A DNA stretch of 64,000 nucleotides from Candidatus Bathyarchaeota archaeon. GTDB taxonomy: Archaea > Thermoproteota > Bathyarchaeia > TCS64. The notes beneath the pieces are model-generated. The model worked only from the letters and a program-made list of their open reading frames with translations, did not search any database and was not told the DNA's origin. Each line of letters starts with the position of its first letter. The stretch's first letter is position 1. The stretch lies in NCBI GenBank assembly GCA_963769425.1, contig CAVYLP010000006.1, positions 608,001-672,000 on the forward strand, written 5' to 3'. This document shows, one piece after another, positions 10,087 to 19,037 of the stretch. The translations under genes and the position numbers were made by a program.

Positions 10087-11208
10087 ATGGTGTTGCGCCT
10101 CGGTTTCGTGGTAAACCCCGTTGCGGGGATGGGTGGGCGTGTTGGTCTGAAGGGTAGCGATGGGGCTGAGACGCTGAGGAGGGCTAAGGAGTTGGGCGCG
10201 ACGGAGTCCTCACCCGCTAGAGCGGCCGAGGCGCTCAAGCATCTTGCCTCTCTGAGGGGAGAGCTTGAGATCCTCACCTACCCTGGGGAGATGGGGGAGG
10301 ACGAGGCCCGTTCCGTAGGCTTCGAGCCGAAGGTCTTGGGAAAGATTAAGGCGGGTGAGACGACCTCAGCCGACACGAGGGCGGCGTCATGCGAGATGGC
10401 CGGCTTCGGCGTTGACTTAATCCTGTTCGCCGGGGGTGACGGGACGGCCCGAGACATTTTCGAGGTCATCGACGGGCGAGTGCCCGCCCTCGGCATCCCG
10501 ACGGGTGTAAAGATACACTCCGGCGTCTTCGCTGTCTCCCCTGCAGCCGCCGGCGAACTCGCCGCCAAGTATCTCAGGGGGGAGATCAGATCGGTCCAAG
10601 AATCTGAGGTCATGGACATCGACGAGGAGGCATTCCGCGAGAACCGGCTCAGCGCCCGCCTCTACGGGTACCTCCGCGTCCCCCAGGAGGAGTCCTACAT
10701 GCAGGGCAGCAAGGAAGCGAGCCCCGTCCAAGAGGACGAGAACCTCAAGGCGATCGCCGCGGACCTCGCCGACGAGATGGAACCAGAGACCCTCTACGTC
10801 CTCGGGCCGGGCTCGACGATAAGCAGCGTGGTGGAGCACCTCGGGCTGAGGAAGACGCTCCTCGGCGTCGACGTGATCCAGGGTGGAAAGATTGTGGCCT
10901 CGGACGTAAACGAGGACCAGCTGCTGAAGATCGTCACCGGGAAGAAAGCGAAGATCATCGTGACCGTAATCGGGGGGCAGGGCTTCGTCTTCGGTCGGGG
11001 AAACCAGCAGATCAGCCCCAGGGTCATCCGCATAGTTGGAAAAGAGAACATAATCATAGCCGCGACCCCGGCGAAGCTGGCGACTCTACACGGGAAGCCC
11101 CTCCTCGTCGATACAGGAGACGCTGCACTTGACACCGAGTTGACAGGTTACACACGCGTCATCACTGATTATGGGAGGCGCGTGGTCTACAGGATCAAGG
11201 GAGGTTAG
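10087..11208 (+). CDS. ATP-NAD kinase family protein (AcoX-like)
   Basis: VNPVAGMGGRVGLKGSDG, GGDGTARD, GIPTGVKIHSGVFA, GGQGFVFGRGNQQIS. Confidence 0.88.
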   Translation: MVLRLGFVVNPVAGMGGRVGLKGSDGAETLRRAKELGATESSPARAAEALKHLASLRGELEILTYPGEMGEDEARSVGFEPKVLGKIKAGETTSADTRAASCEMAGFGVDLILFAGGDGTARDIFEVIDGRVPALGIPTGVKIHSGVFAVSPAAAGELAAKYLRGEIRSVQESEVMDIDEEAFRENRLSARLYGYLRVPQEESYMQGSKEASPVQEDENLKAIAADLADEMEPETLYVLGPGSTISSVVEHLGLRKTLLGVDVIQGGKIVASDVNEDQLLKIVTGKKAKIIVTVIGGQGFVFGRGNQQISPRVIRIVGKENIIIAATPAKLATLHGKPLLVDTGDAALDTELTGYTRVITDYGRRVVYRIKGG

Positions 11209-12506
11209 TGCCCGTAGTTCTCGGGACTCGGATCGTAGACGTAACCGACGGATCCCAAGATTAGGTACAGTGAGCCTTCATGCCTGTAGACGACTGTTGC
11301 CCTGTTACTCTTTATTGTGCTGGCGAAGTCCTCGAGGTGCTGGACCTCGACTAGGCTCGCCGGCGGGTATACCACCGAGAACTGTTTGCTCTCAGGGAGG
11401 TTCGGCGTCGCCGTGTCAGGGTATATGACTGCACCCGCCCTCCCTACCCTGTTCGCCACGTTGATCCACCCGGCTGTCTCGTTCTCCAGGGCATTCCTCC
11501 GGGATGTATCCATCAATATGAATAGACCGACGAGAATCAACACGAGGGTGAGTAAACCGAATAACCTTCTCCTCCCCAGCCGCGATAACGCGGTTTTAGC
11601 TTCAATAAACAACTCCTTCAACTCGATGATCCCGCGTGGGATCAGCAACATCGTGAAGTAGATTATAGTGAGGGGTATCAGCCCCGTGAACTCCGCCATA
11701 TAACTGCCGAAGTTCAGTTGCAGCCACAGGGTCCCGATAATCATGGATAGACCCACTATAAACCCGGCGACGGCGGCCAGGGCGAGGGAGTAGAAGCCTC
11801 CGAGGACCCCCGCGGCCATAACGGGTGCAATCCAGTTTGCCTCGTTCCCGGCGAAGCTGTGCCAGAAGGGCGGGAAGAGCGACCCCGCGACGCTCGCAAC
11901 GCCTCCTGAGAAGACCCAGAAGAGTAGCTTCAGTCTCCACGGGTCGACCCCCTGGACCATGGTGAGCTCAGGGTTCTCCCCAGAGGCGACGAGCCTCACA
12001 CCTAGGGTGGTCCTCCTCCAGAGATACGACAGGAGGAGGAAGATGACGATGCAGATCAGGGGGATCATGTAGCTGTAACCCTGGAGGTCGAATAGGACGA
12101 AGTCGTAGTCCCTGACGCTGTGGAAGATGGAGTAGTCTAGACCTGTGGCCGCGTCGATATTCGCACCAACGATGAAGAGGAGGGAGCTCGCTAGCAACTG
12201 TACGCCGATCGTCGAGAGTACCCTAGGCACCTCGCCGTCCCCGCGCCGCTCCATCACCCTCATCACGCCCCAGTACTCCGCGCCACCGACCACGCAGCCA
12301 ACGACGAAGGAGAACACGGGTGAGAGGTAGAGGTTCAGGCCGAGCAGCGCTACGGTCGATCCCGTCACAACGATACCGATCCCAACATAGAGCACGATCG
12401 AGAAATCAGGTATCCCCGACGCCCTGTGCCTAATCGTCAATGCCACCCCAAGCAGCGAAATCAGCGCAGCAAAGCACAGGGCAACTATGTAGAGGCTATA
12501 ATCCAA
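11205..12506 (-). CDS. Branched-chain amino acid ABC-type permease (LivH-like) with extra C-terminal domain
   Basis: Multi-TM; GVALTIRHRASGIPDFS, RTTLGVRLVASGENPELTMVQGV, GVLGG; TTG start inferred. Confidence 0.75.
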   Translation of the reverse strand: MDYSLYIVALCFAALISLLGVALTIRHRASGIPDFSIVLYVGIGIVVTGSTVALLGLNLYLSPVFSFVVGCVVGGAEYWGVMRVMERRGDGEVPRVLSTIGVQLLASSLLFIVGANIDAATGLDYSIFHSVRDYDFVLFDLQGYSYMIPLICIVIFLLLSYLWRRTTLGVRLVASGENPELTMVQGVDPWRLKLLFWVFSGGVASVAGSLFPPFWHSFAGNEANWIAPVMAAGVLGGFYSLALAAVAGFIVGLSMIIGTLWLQLNFGSYMAEFTGLIPLTIIYFTMLLIPRGIIELKELFIEAKTALSRLGRRRLFGLLTLVLILVGLFILMDTSRRNALENETAGWINVANRVGRAGAVIYPDTATPNLPESKQFSVVYPPASLVEVQHLEDFASTIKSNRATVVYRHEGSLYLILGSVGYVYDPSPENYGH

Positions 12507-12603
12507 ACCAATCTTAACTTCCCCCTGAAGGATATAAAATAACATCCGGACCCACTGATCCGGCTAAAAAAAAATTTTCGTTATCTATGGTAACGGAAGT
12601 TGG

Positions 12604-13410
12604 CTACTTGGGGCTGTAGGGGCCTAGGAACTCCTCCTGCAGGATGTTCCCCCCGTCGATGACTATCTCGGAGCCGGTGAGGTAGCTCGACTCGTCGCTG
12701 GCGAGGAAGAGGACGAGGTTGCCCACGTCCTCCGGGCTCCCCTGCCTGCACATGGGTATCTTCCGCCCGAACTCCCTCATCGCCACCTCTGCGTCTGCGC
12801 CACCCGTGCTCCCCCTTATCCCGAAGGCGCTAGGGCTGTACACATACCCGGGGAGGATGCAGTTCACGTTGATCATGTACTGCGCCGTCTCGAGGGCGAG
12901 AGCCTTCGTGAACCCAATCACAGCAGCCTTCGATGAGCCGTAGGCCGTCTGCCCACCCGCGGGCGTCCCAACCATCGGCCCCGTCACGCTACTCATGCTA
13001 ACAATCTTCCCGTAGCGCCTCTCCATCATCCCGGGCAGCACCGCCTTCGCGCAGCGGAACATCCCGAAGACGTTTATCTCGAAGAGACGGTGGAGGAACT
13101 CCTCATCCATCTCCACGAGCTTGCGCCGGGGATAGATGCCGGCGTTGTTGACGAGGATATCGACGCGCCCGTGATCCTTGACCATCTTGGCGAAGGCCTG
13201 ATCGACGTCCGCCGCCTTAGTCACGTCCATCCGGTAGGCGTTGGCCTTTCCGCCTGTCGCTCGAATGGTCTCCGCCGTCGCCTCGACTGACTCCTGAAGG
13301 TCCGCTAGGCACACAGTTGCCCCATGAGCTGCTAGGACTCTCGCTATCCCAGCCCCGATCCCTTGGGCAGAGCCCGTTACGACCGCAACCTTTCCCTCAA
13401 GCCTACTCAC
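12604..13410 (-). CDS. Short-chain dehydrogenase/reductase (UcpA-like)
   Basis: TGSAQGIG, NNAG, SSVTG, YGSSK; GTG start overlaps the gcvPB stop (GTGA). Confidence 0.92.
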   Translation of the reverse strand: MSRLEGKVAVVTGSAQGIGAGIARVLAAHGATVCLADLQESVEATAETIRATGGKANAYRMDVTKAADVDQAFAKMVKDHGRVDILVNNAGIYPRRKLVEMDEEFLHRLFEINVFGMFRCAKAVLPGMMERRYGKIVSMSSVTGPMVGTPAGGQTAYGSSKAAVIGFTKALALETAQYMINVNCILPGYVYSPSAFGIRGSTGGADAEVAMREFGRKIPMCRQGSPEDVGNLVLFLASDESSYLTGSEIVIDGGNILQEEFLGPYSPK

Positions 13411-14948
13411 TTCATCTTCCTCCTGTAAGCCCTCCAGCTCATCGCCCACCTCTCTGGGTCATCGAACGGCGCTCCGTTGACGGCGTGTATCGACGAGTTG
13501 TGCGGCGCCTTCTTCAGAATCTCCGGGTCCTCGTACGCCTCCTCGCAGACCCTCTTCAGCACGGCGATCCAGTAGTCGATGTCCGCCTTGCTGTAGGTCT
13601 CGCATGGCTCCGGCGTAAAGGGCTCCGCCACGATCCACGGGTGGTGACTCGTGAAGTAGCTCTGGACGCCGTAGTCGACGACCCGCTTATTCACCTCGTT
13701 GACGCCGCAGCCCGTATCAGCCTTCAGCTTCTCCAAGCTCCACCGGACCTGATCGAGGCGCCTTCCCCCGTAGGGCTTGGTGACACCGGGGACCTCCTTC
13801 ATCCTCTCGCTCAGGTACTGGTTGTTGAGCATGCTGATCTCCGCGGCCTCCCTGATTCCGTCTGCCCCCATTGCGGCGGCCCACGCGTAGGCGCGGACAA
13901 CCACCTGTAGGTTGCCGAGGAAGTCCCTCACCCGCCCGATGCTGTGCGGGCGGTCGTAGTCGAGGTGGTACTTCTCCCCCCTCTTCACGATGACTGGGAT
14001 GGGAAGGTACTTCGCCAGCTCCTCCGTGACGCCGACGGCTCCCGACCCGGGGCCGCTGCTACCGTGGGGGCTACCGAACGTCTTGTGGAGGTTGAAGAAG
14101 CTCATATCGAACCCCGCATCTCTGGCGCGAGTGACCCCCATGACACCATTGAGGTTCGCCTGATCGTAGGCGCATAGCCCACCCGCCTCGTGCACAATCC
14201 TCGTCCACTCGTCTATGTTCGGGTTGAAGATGCCCGTGTCCTCCGGGTTCGTCACGAAGATGCCCGCCGTGTGCTTCGATACCGCCGCCTTGAGCGCCTC
14301 GACGCTTGGGTAGCCCGTCTCGTCGTCGGGGTAGAGGGTAACCACCTTGAAGCCCGCCGTCGCGGGGCACGCCGCATCGCAGGGATGACTGAAGATGGTC
14401 GTGATTACCTCGTCGCGCTGCGCGAGCTCACCCTGCTCCTCGTGGTACTTGCGAATGATGACGGCGTTGTTGAAAGCGCCCGCCGACCCGCCCGGGGGCT
14501 GGAAGGTGAAGGCGTCCATTCCGCTAATCTCGCGGAGGTAGATGTCCCCGAAGCGCCACGCGACCTCGAGGAGGCCCTGAATCGTCTCCTCGGGCTGGTC
14601 GGGGTGGATGCCCGCCACCATCCCCGCCAACTCCTCGTTGACCTTGGGGCTGTACTTCATCGTGCAGGTCCCGACGCCGAGGTCTATCTCCATCTCCATG
14701 CCGAGGGTCATCTGGCTCAGTCGCAGCCAGTGGCGCAGGGCCTGGGGCTGGCTGATCTCGGGGAGACCGGGAGGCGTCTTGCGCCTCATGCCCTTTGGTA
14801 TGAGGGCGTCAGCCTTACCGACCGCTTTCTGAATCTCCTGCTCAACGAGGGGTAGGATAACGCCTCGCTCACCCTTCGCGCCAAGCTCGTGTATGAGCAG
14901 CTCGCTCCACACTGGGGCGTGATACGGGCGCACCTTGACATCGGTCAT
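13407..14948 (-). CDS. gcvPB: Glycine dehydrogenase (decarboxylating) subunit 2-like
   Basis: GTCTMKYSP, TNPEDTG, DQANLNG, NLHKTFGSPHG (PLP lysine), EPCET. Confidence 0.9.
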   Translation of the reverse strand: MTDVKVRPYHAPVWSELLIHELGAKGERGVILPLVEQEIQKAVGKADALIPKGMRRKTPPGLPEISQPQALRHWLRLSQMTLGMEMEIDLGVGTCTMKYSPKVNEELAGMVAGIHPDQPEETIQGLLEVAWRFGDIYLREISGMDAFTFQPPGGSAGAFNNAVIIRKYHEEQGELAQRDEVITTIFSHPCDAACPATAGFKVVTLYPDDETGYPSVEALKAAVSKHTAGIFVTNPEDTGIFNPNIDEWTRIVHEAGGLCAYDQANLNGVMGVTRARDAGFDMSFFNLHKTFGSPHGSSGPGSGAVGVTEELAKYLPIPVIVKRGEKYHLDYDRPHSIGRVRDFLGNLQVVVRAYAWAAAMGADGIREAAEISMLNNQYLSERMKEVPGVTKPYGGRRLDQVRWSLEKLKADTGCGVNEVNKRVVDYGVQSYFTSHHPWIVAEPFTPEPCETYSKADIDYWIAVLKRVCEEAYEDPEILKKAPHNSSIHAVNGAPFDDPERWAMSWRAYRRKMK

Positions 14949-16345
14949 CGCAGGATCGCCTCCAGCTCCCCGGCGAACGTATCTATGTCCGCCTTGCCGT
15001 GGACCTCGGTGACGCATGTGAGGGCGGACTGGCCCAACTCAGGGAACTCCCCCGAGATGTCCTTGCCCCCGAAGATACCCTTCTTAAGAAGCGCCTTGTT
15101 GACCTGCGCCACCTTCTTCCCCGTGGCGTCGAGGCATAGAGGGAACTCGGTGAAGAACCCGGGGAACCTAACCTCGACACCCTCGATCTCCGACAACTTC
15201 CCCGCGGCGTAGTGGCTCTTCTGCAGTATGGCCTCACCCACGTCCCTCATCCCCTGGGGGCCGAGGAGACTCATGTAGACGGCCGCGATTACGCCGTGGA
15301 GGGCTGTCGTTGTGCCGACCCAGTCCTTCGCCTTCTCGCGAGCCATGTAGCTCGTCCGCTCGTACGCGGCCTGGCCGAAGCCGCGCTCCCCCTCCTCAAT
15401 GGTGTCGGTTACGCTGATTAGGCGCAGCGGGTACTCGGCGACGTACCTCTCCTCATCCCTGCTCGCTATGAAGCCGGCGAGACCGCCGCCCGCCGTCATG
15501 TGTACGCCGAGGGGCTGCACCTCGCCGCAGACGATATCAGCGCCGTAGTCGCTCGGCGGCGAGAGGACGCCGAGGCTGATGGGGTCGACCCCCACGACGA
15601 CCTCCGCGCCCGCCTCATGCGCCATCGCAGCTATCTTCTCCCCTTGATCCTCGATTGCGCCGAGGTAGCCGGGGTTCTCGAAGTAGACGCAGGCAATTGC
15701 ATCACTGATCTTCCTCTTTAGGTCCTTGAGGTCGAGTGTCCCCGTCTTCTTGTCGTAGGCTACCTTCGTGATCTTCAACGCCCCGGGCATCTCTGTCGGG
15801 TTACCGAAGTTGGCCATCACTGCCAATCGTGCCGGGCTCATGCCCGCCGGGACGAGTATCTCCCTCCTCCCCGTGAGGCGGGAAGCCATCCTCACCGCGT
15901 TGCCCGCGGCGCTCCCCCAGTCATAGGTGGGGATGCCGCTAACCTCCATGCCGACGAGCTCACAGATGAGGCTCTGGAACTCCCAGTTCGCCTGGAACCT
16001 GCCGAGGTCGCTGTAGTATCCGCCGGCGTAGGCGGTTAGGAACTCGCCGCGGCGCGCTATCTCATCGCAGACCTGCGGTATGAAGTGGTTCCAGCAGCCA
16101 CCGCCGAGGAAGCTGAGGGTATCCTCGGTGGACCTATCCTCATTGAGGATATCCGAGACGTGCCTCTTGAGGTCCTGCTCGGCGGGGAGGGCCTCGGGGA
16201 GATTCATACGCCTCTTCAGGAGGAGCCTCTCGGGGATCATCTCCGCGTAGAGCTGGTCCGTGCTCTCGGCGCCGACTGCTCTGAGCATCTCCGCCCTGGC
16301 CTCGGGGACGGAGTTGGGTATGTATGGGTGCGGCTTCTTCGCCAT
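14945..16345 (-). CDS. gcvPA: Glycine dehydrogenase (decarboxylating) subunit 1-like
   Basis: HPYIPNS, FLGGGCWNHFIP, RGEFLTAY, WEFQSLICEL, GADIVCGEVQPLG, CVTEVH; ATGA overlap with gcvPB. Confidence 0.9.
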   Translation of the reverse strand: MAKKPHPYIPNSVPEARAEMLRAVGAESTDQLYAEMIPERLLLKRRMNLPEALPAEQDLKRHVSDILNEDRSTEDTLSFLGGGCWNHFIPQVCDEIARRGEFLTAYAGGYYSDLGRFQANWEFQSLICELVGMEVSGIPTYDWGSAAGNAVRMASRLTGRREILVPAGMSPARLAVMANFGNPTEMPGALKITKVAYDKKTGTLDLKDLKRKISDAIACVYFENPGYLGAIEDQGEKIAAMAHEAGAEVVVGVDPISLGVLSPPSDYGADIVCGEVQPLGVHMTAGGGLAGFIASRDEERYVAEYPLRLISVTDTIEEGERGFGQAAYERTSYMAREKAKDWVGTTTALHGVIAAVYMSLLGPQGMRDVGEAILQKSHYAAGKLSEIEGVEVRFPGFFTEFPLCLDATGKKVAQVNKALLKKGIFGGKDISGEFPELGQSALTCVTEVHGKADIDTFAGELEAILR

Positions 16346-16423
16346 GGTCGATCTGGTTCTATGGGAGCCCATATGGGCTATATCCCTGACGGCTCATCGC
16401 ACGCAGAATCAGGGTTACCGCAT

Positions 16424-16558
16424 CTACTTCGCCAGGCTGACGACGGCCTCTAGGAGGCGCGCCTCGGCGCAAACGAGCTCAACCTCGCTCCTCTCCTCAT
16501 CTTCCCCGGATTCATCCTCTTCAACTCGGTGGACTCGGTAAACGTCGGTGCTACACAT
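16424..16558 (-). CDS. Putative 44-aa acidic small protein
   Basis: Manually read ORF MCSTDVYRVHRVEEDESGEDEERSEVELVCAEARLLEAVVSLAK upstream of gcvPA. Confidence 0.35.
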   Translation of the reverse strand: MCSTDVYRVHRVEEDESGEDEERSEVELVCAEARLLEAVVSLAK

Positions 16559-16670
16559 AGCAGATCGCGATCCGACCCTCGCCCCGTGGATTTAAGGAGA
16601 TTAGGAGCGGTGAAAGATACTGGAAATCACTTCGGTTACCTCTAAATACGGGCAGCAACCCCATGCCTGC

Positions 16671-17603
16671 ATGGAATTTAGTCTGTACATCAGGCCGGCG
16701 GACACATACCCGGCCATGCTTGAACTGTCGCGGTACGCCGAGGGGCTCGGCCTTTTCGGCGTCTTCGTGAACGACCACATTGAAGGGCTGAGCGGGGACA
16801 GGAAGGAGCCTTACCTCGAGTCCTTCACCGCGCTGGCGGGGATAGGTGTCGAGACGAAGAAGATCAGGGTCGGGCATATAACCCTCTTCAACAGCATGAG
16901 GAACCCAGCCCTCCTCGCGAAGATGATCACCACCCTCGACGTCATGACTGGTGGGCGCTACGAGACCATTCTCGGTGCAGGTTGGAACGAGCCCGAGTAC
17001 CTCGGCTACGACCTCATGGGGGGTGGAGCGGGTATACCGGAGGCCGGTGAACGGGTCACCCGCCTCAAGGAGGCCGCTCAGATCCTTAGGGGCATGTTCG
17101 ACAACGAGGTCTTCAGCTTCGAGGGCAAGTACTGGAAGCTCAAGGAGGCCGTGAACGTGCCGGCCCCCGTGCAGAAGCCTATGAGGCTCAGCATCGGCGC
17201 GAGGCAGCCGAGGATGATCAGCATCGCCGCAAAGTACGCCGACGGCATGAACGGTAGCGGCAACATGAACGCGATCAAGGGCTACCTGAAGATCCTTGAG
17301 CCGGAGCTCGAGAAGAATGGGCGCAAGATGAGGGACTTCTATCTCCACGGCTTCACCACCATAACGCCCACTAAGACGAAGGCGGAGACAGACGAGCTAC
17401 TGAAGAAGATCGCGAAGGATAAGCCCGTAAAGGAGGTGGCAGACGACGTGTTCGTCGGGACCCCCGACATGCTCGTCGAGAAGTTACGCGCCTGCAGCGA
17501 CTTGGGACTCAAGATGATGATCGTGATCCCGAGGAGCAGTAAGCTCGGTGAGATAAAGGAGACCTGCACCGTCCTCAGGGACGAGGTCTTCCGCCGACTC
17601 TAG
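16671..17603 (+). CDS. LLM class (luciferase-like, probably F420-dependent) oxidoreductase
   Basis: FVNDH, RNPALLAKMITTLDVMTGGR, GAGWNEPEY, PAPVQKP. Confidence 0.9.
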   Translation: MEFSLYIRPADTYPAMLELSRYAEGLGLFGVFVNDHIEGLSGDRKEPYLESFTALAGIGVETKKIRVGHITLFNSMRNPALLAKMITTLDVMTGGRYETILGAGWNEPEYLGYDLMGGGAGIPEAGERVTRLKEAAQILRGMFDNEVFSFEGKYWKLKEAVNVPAPVQKPMRLSIGARQPRMISIAAKYADGMNGSGNMNAIKGYLKILEPELEKNGRKMRDFYLHGFTTITPTKTKAETDELLKKIAKDKPVKEVADDVFVGTPDMLVEKLRACSDLGLKMMIVIPRSSKLGEIKETCTVLRDEVFRRL

Positions 17604-17672
17604 CCTGCATCGGGTAAATGATTCTAACTTGGCAGAAGAAGGATTGTGCCCGATGTGTGCCGGAGGGCACCT

Positions 17673-18629
17673 TTACCTTCCGCCCGCTGGGATTGCGTTA
17701 AAATCCATGGGGGGTAGGTCGAAGGGCTTCACTCTCATGGCGTCCTCCAGCCCCTTGACCCTGTTCCTCAGGGTGACCTCAGTGGTGCCCGCCGCCTCGG
17801 CGACCTCCTTCTGCGTCCTCTTGTCCCTGTTCTTGACGCAGCTTAGGTAGAGCGCGGCCGCCGCGAGTCCCCTCGGGTCCTTCCCGGAGAGCTCCTGCCT
17901 CGCCTTCGCCTCCCTGAGTATCTCGACGGCGACCTGCTCGGTCACTCTCTTCAGGTTGAGCTTCGAGGCGATCCCGGGGACGAATTTTTCAGATTCGTTC
18001 AGGGGCATCTTCATCCCAAGGTCCTTGATGAGTAATCTGTAGGTCCTCGCGACGTCGCCCACGTCGCGGCGGCTCTCGGTGGCGATTGTTTTGAGGGGCC
18101 TGGGTATGCCCTGCATGCGGCACGTCGCGTAGATACAGGCGGCGACGAATGAGTCGATGCTCCTGCCCCTGATCATGTCCCTGTTTAGGGCCTTCCTGTA
18201 TAGGGTCGCGGCGTGGTTCTTCGCGTTCTCGGGGAGGTGGATAGCCGTGGATAGCCTGCTTAGCTCAGCCATGGCGATGCTCAGGTTACGGGCCTGCGTG
18301 TCGTTGACCTTAGACCTGTTGTCGTACTTCTTCAGGCGGTACATCTTGTCGATAGCCTTCATGTTCAGGGGCTTGCCGGTGCCGTCCCTGAGGCAGTTGA
18401 AGCTCGTCGACATACCCTGATCCCAGAGGGAGGGTGTGAGGGCGTGGCCAGCCCTTGACCTGCCGATTTCGGAGAACTCGAAGGCCCTCCACTCGGCACC
18501 CGAGTCGACGATGGAGTTTATTACGAGTCCGCACTCTCCGCAGACCTCTTCGCCGGCTTCCTGATCCCTAATAATGTGGGTTCCCTGACACTTCGGGCAA
18601 ACGTGACTATACTCTTCTTCCATTTTCAT
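17673..18629 (-). CDS. tfb: Transcription initiation factor IIB (TFB paralog)
   Basis: Zn ribbon CPKC..CGECG, GAEWRAF, RGRSIDSFVAACIY, GKDPRGLAAAALY, TQKEVAEAAGTTEVTLRNR. Confidence 0.95.
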   Translation of the reverse strand: MKMEEEYSHVCPKCQGTHIIRDQEAGEEVCGECGLVINSIVDSGAEWRAFEFSEIGRSRAGHALTPSLWDQGMSTSFNCLRDGTGKPLNMKAIDKMYRLKKYDNRSKVNDTQARNLSIAMAELSRLSTAIHLPENAKNHAATLYRKALNRDMIRGRSIDSFVAACIYATCRMQGIPRPLKTIATESRRDVGDVARTYRLLIKDLGMKMPLNESEKFVPGIASKLNLKRVTEQVAVEILREAKARQELSGKDPRGLAAAALYLSCVKNRDKRTQKEVAEAAGTTEVTLRNRVKGLEDAMRVKPFDLPPMDFNAIPAGGR

Positions 18630-18646
18630 TCACTCTCTCCATGGTT

Positions 18647-18913
18647 TCAAACGTAGTCCTGAAGAAGCTCGGACGGGGCCTCCGACTCCAATGGGCCGTC
18701 ATCTACTTGCGAACCTGTTCGAGGCATAAGGGTGACGAACACCGAGCCGCCCTTGTCGAGGTGGAGGAAGAACTCCTCGAAGTCGATTTCACGGGTCTCC
18801 CTAACCTCGACTTCGTCCTCGTTCTCACCTAAATAGTAGACGAGGAACTGTGAGCCCTTCCACACGACCGTCGGCCACAGGCTATTCTTGCTCTTCATTA
18901 TGAGCCTCTTCAT
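18647..18913 (-). CDS. Small hypothetical protein upstream of tfb
   Basis: 88-aa ATG ORF ending 17 nt before the tfb start; acidic core (IDFEEFFLHLDKGGSVFVT). Confidence 0.65.
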   Translation of the reverse strand: MKRLIMKSKNSLWPTVVWKGSQFLVYYLGENEDEVEVRETREIDFEEFFLHLDKGGSVFVTLMPRTGSQVDDGPLESEAPSELLQDYV

Positions 18914-18963
18914 GACACGCGCCTGAATCTAAGCTCCAACGTGGAAGGGATAACATTGGGTCA

Positions 18964-19025
18964 GTAACAATAGAACGTGCTAGGTGATTGTAACAAGTGA
19001 ACGAACAATTTAAATTATTGTCGTT
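18964..19025. promoter_or_regulatory. Operator-like repeats around a TATA box in the tfb/TrmB divergent region
   Basis: GTAACAAnnGAACG at 18964 and 18990; imperfect inverted repeat AACGAACAAT...ATTGTCGTT enclosing TTTAAATT. Confidence 0.5.
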
Positions 19026-19037
19026 TGAGCTAAATCC

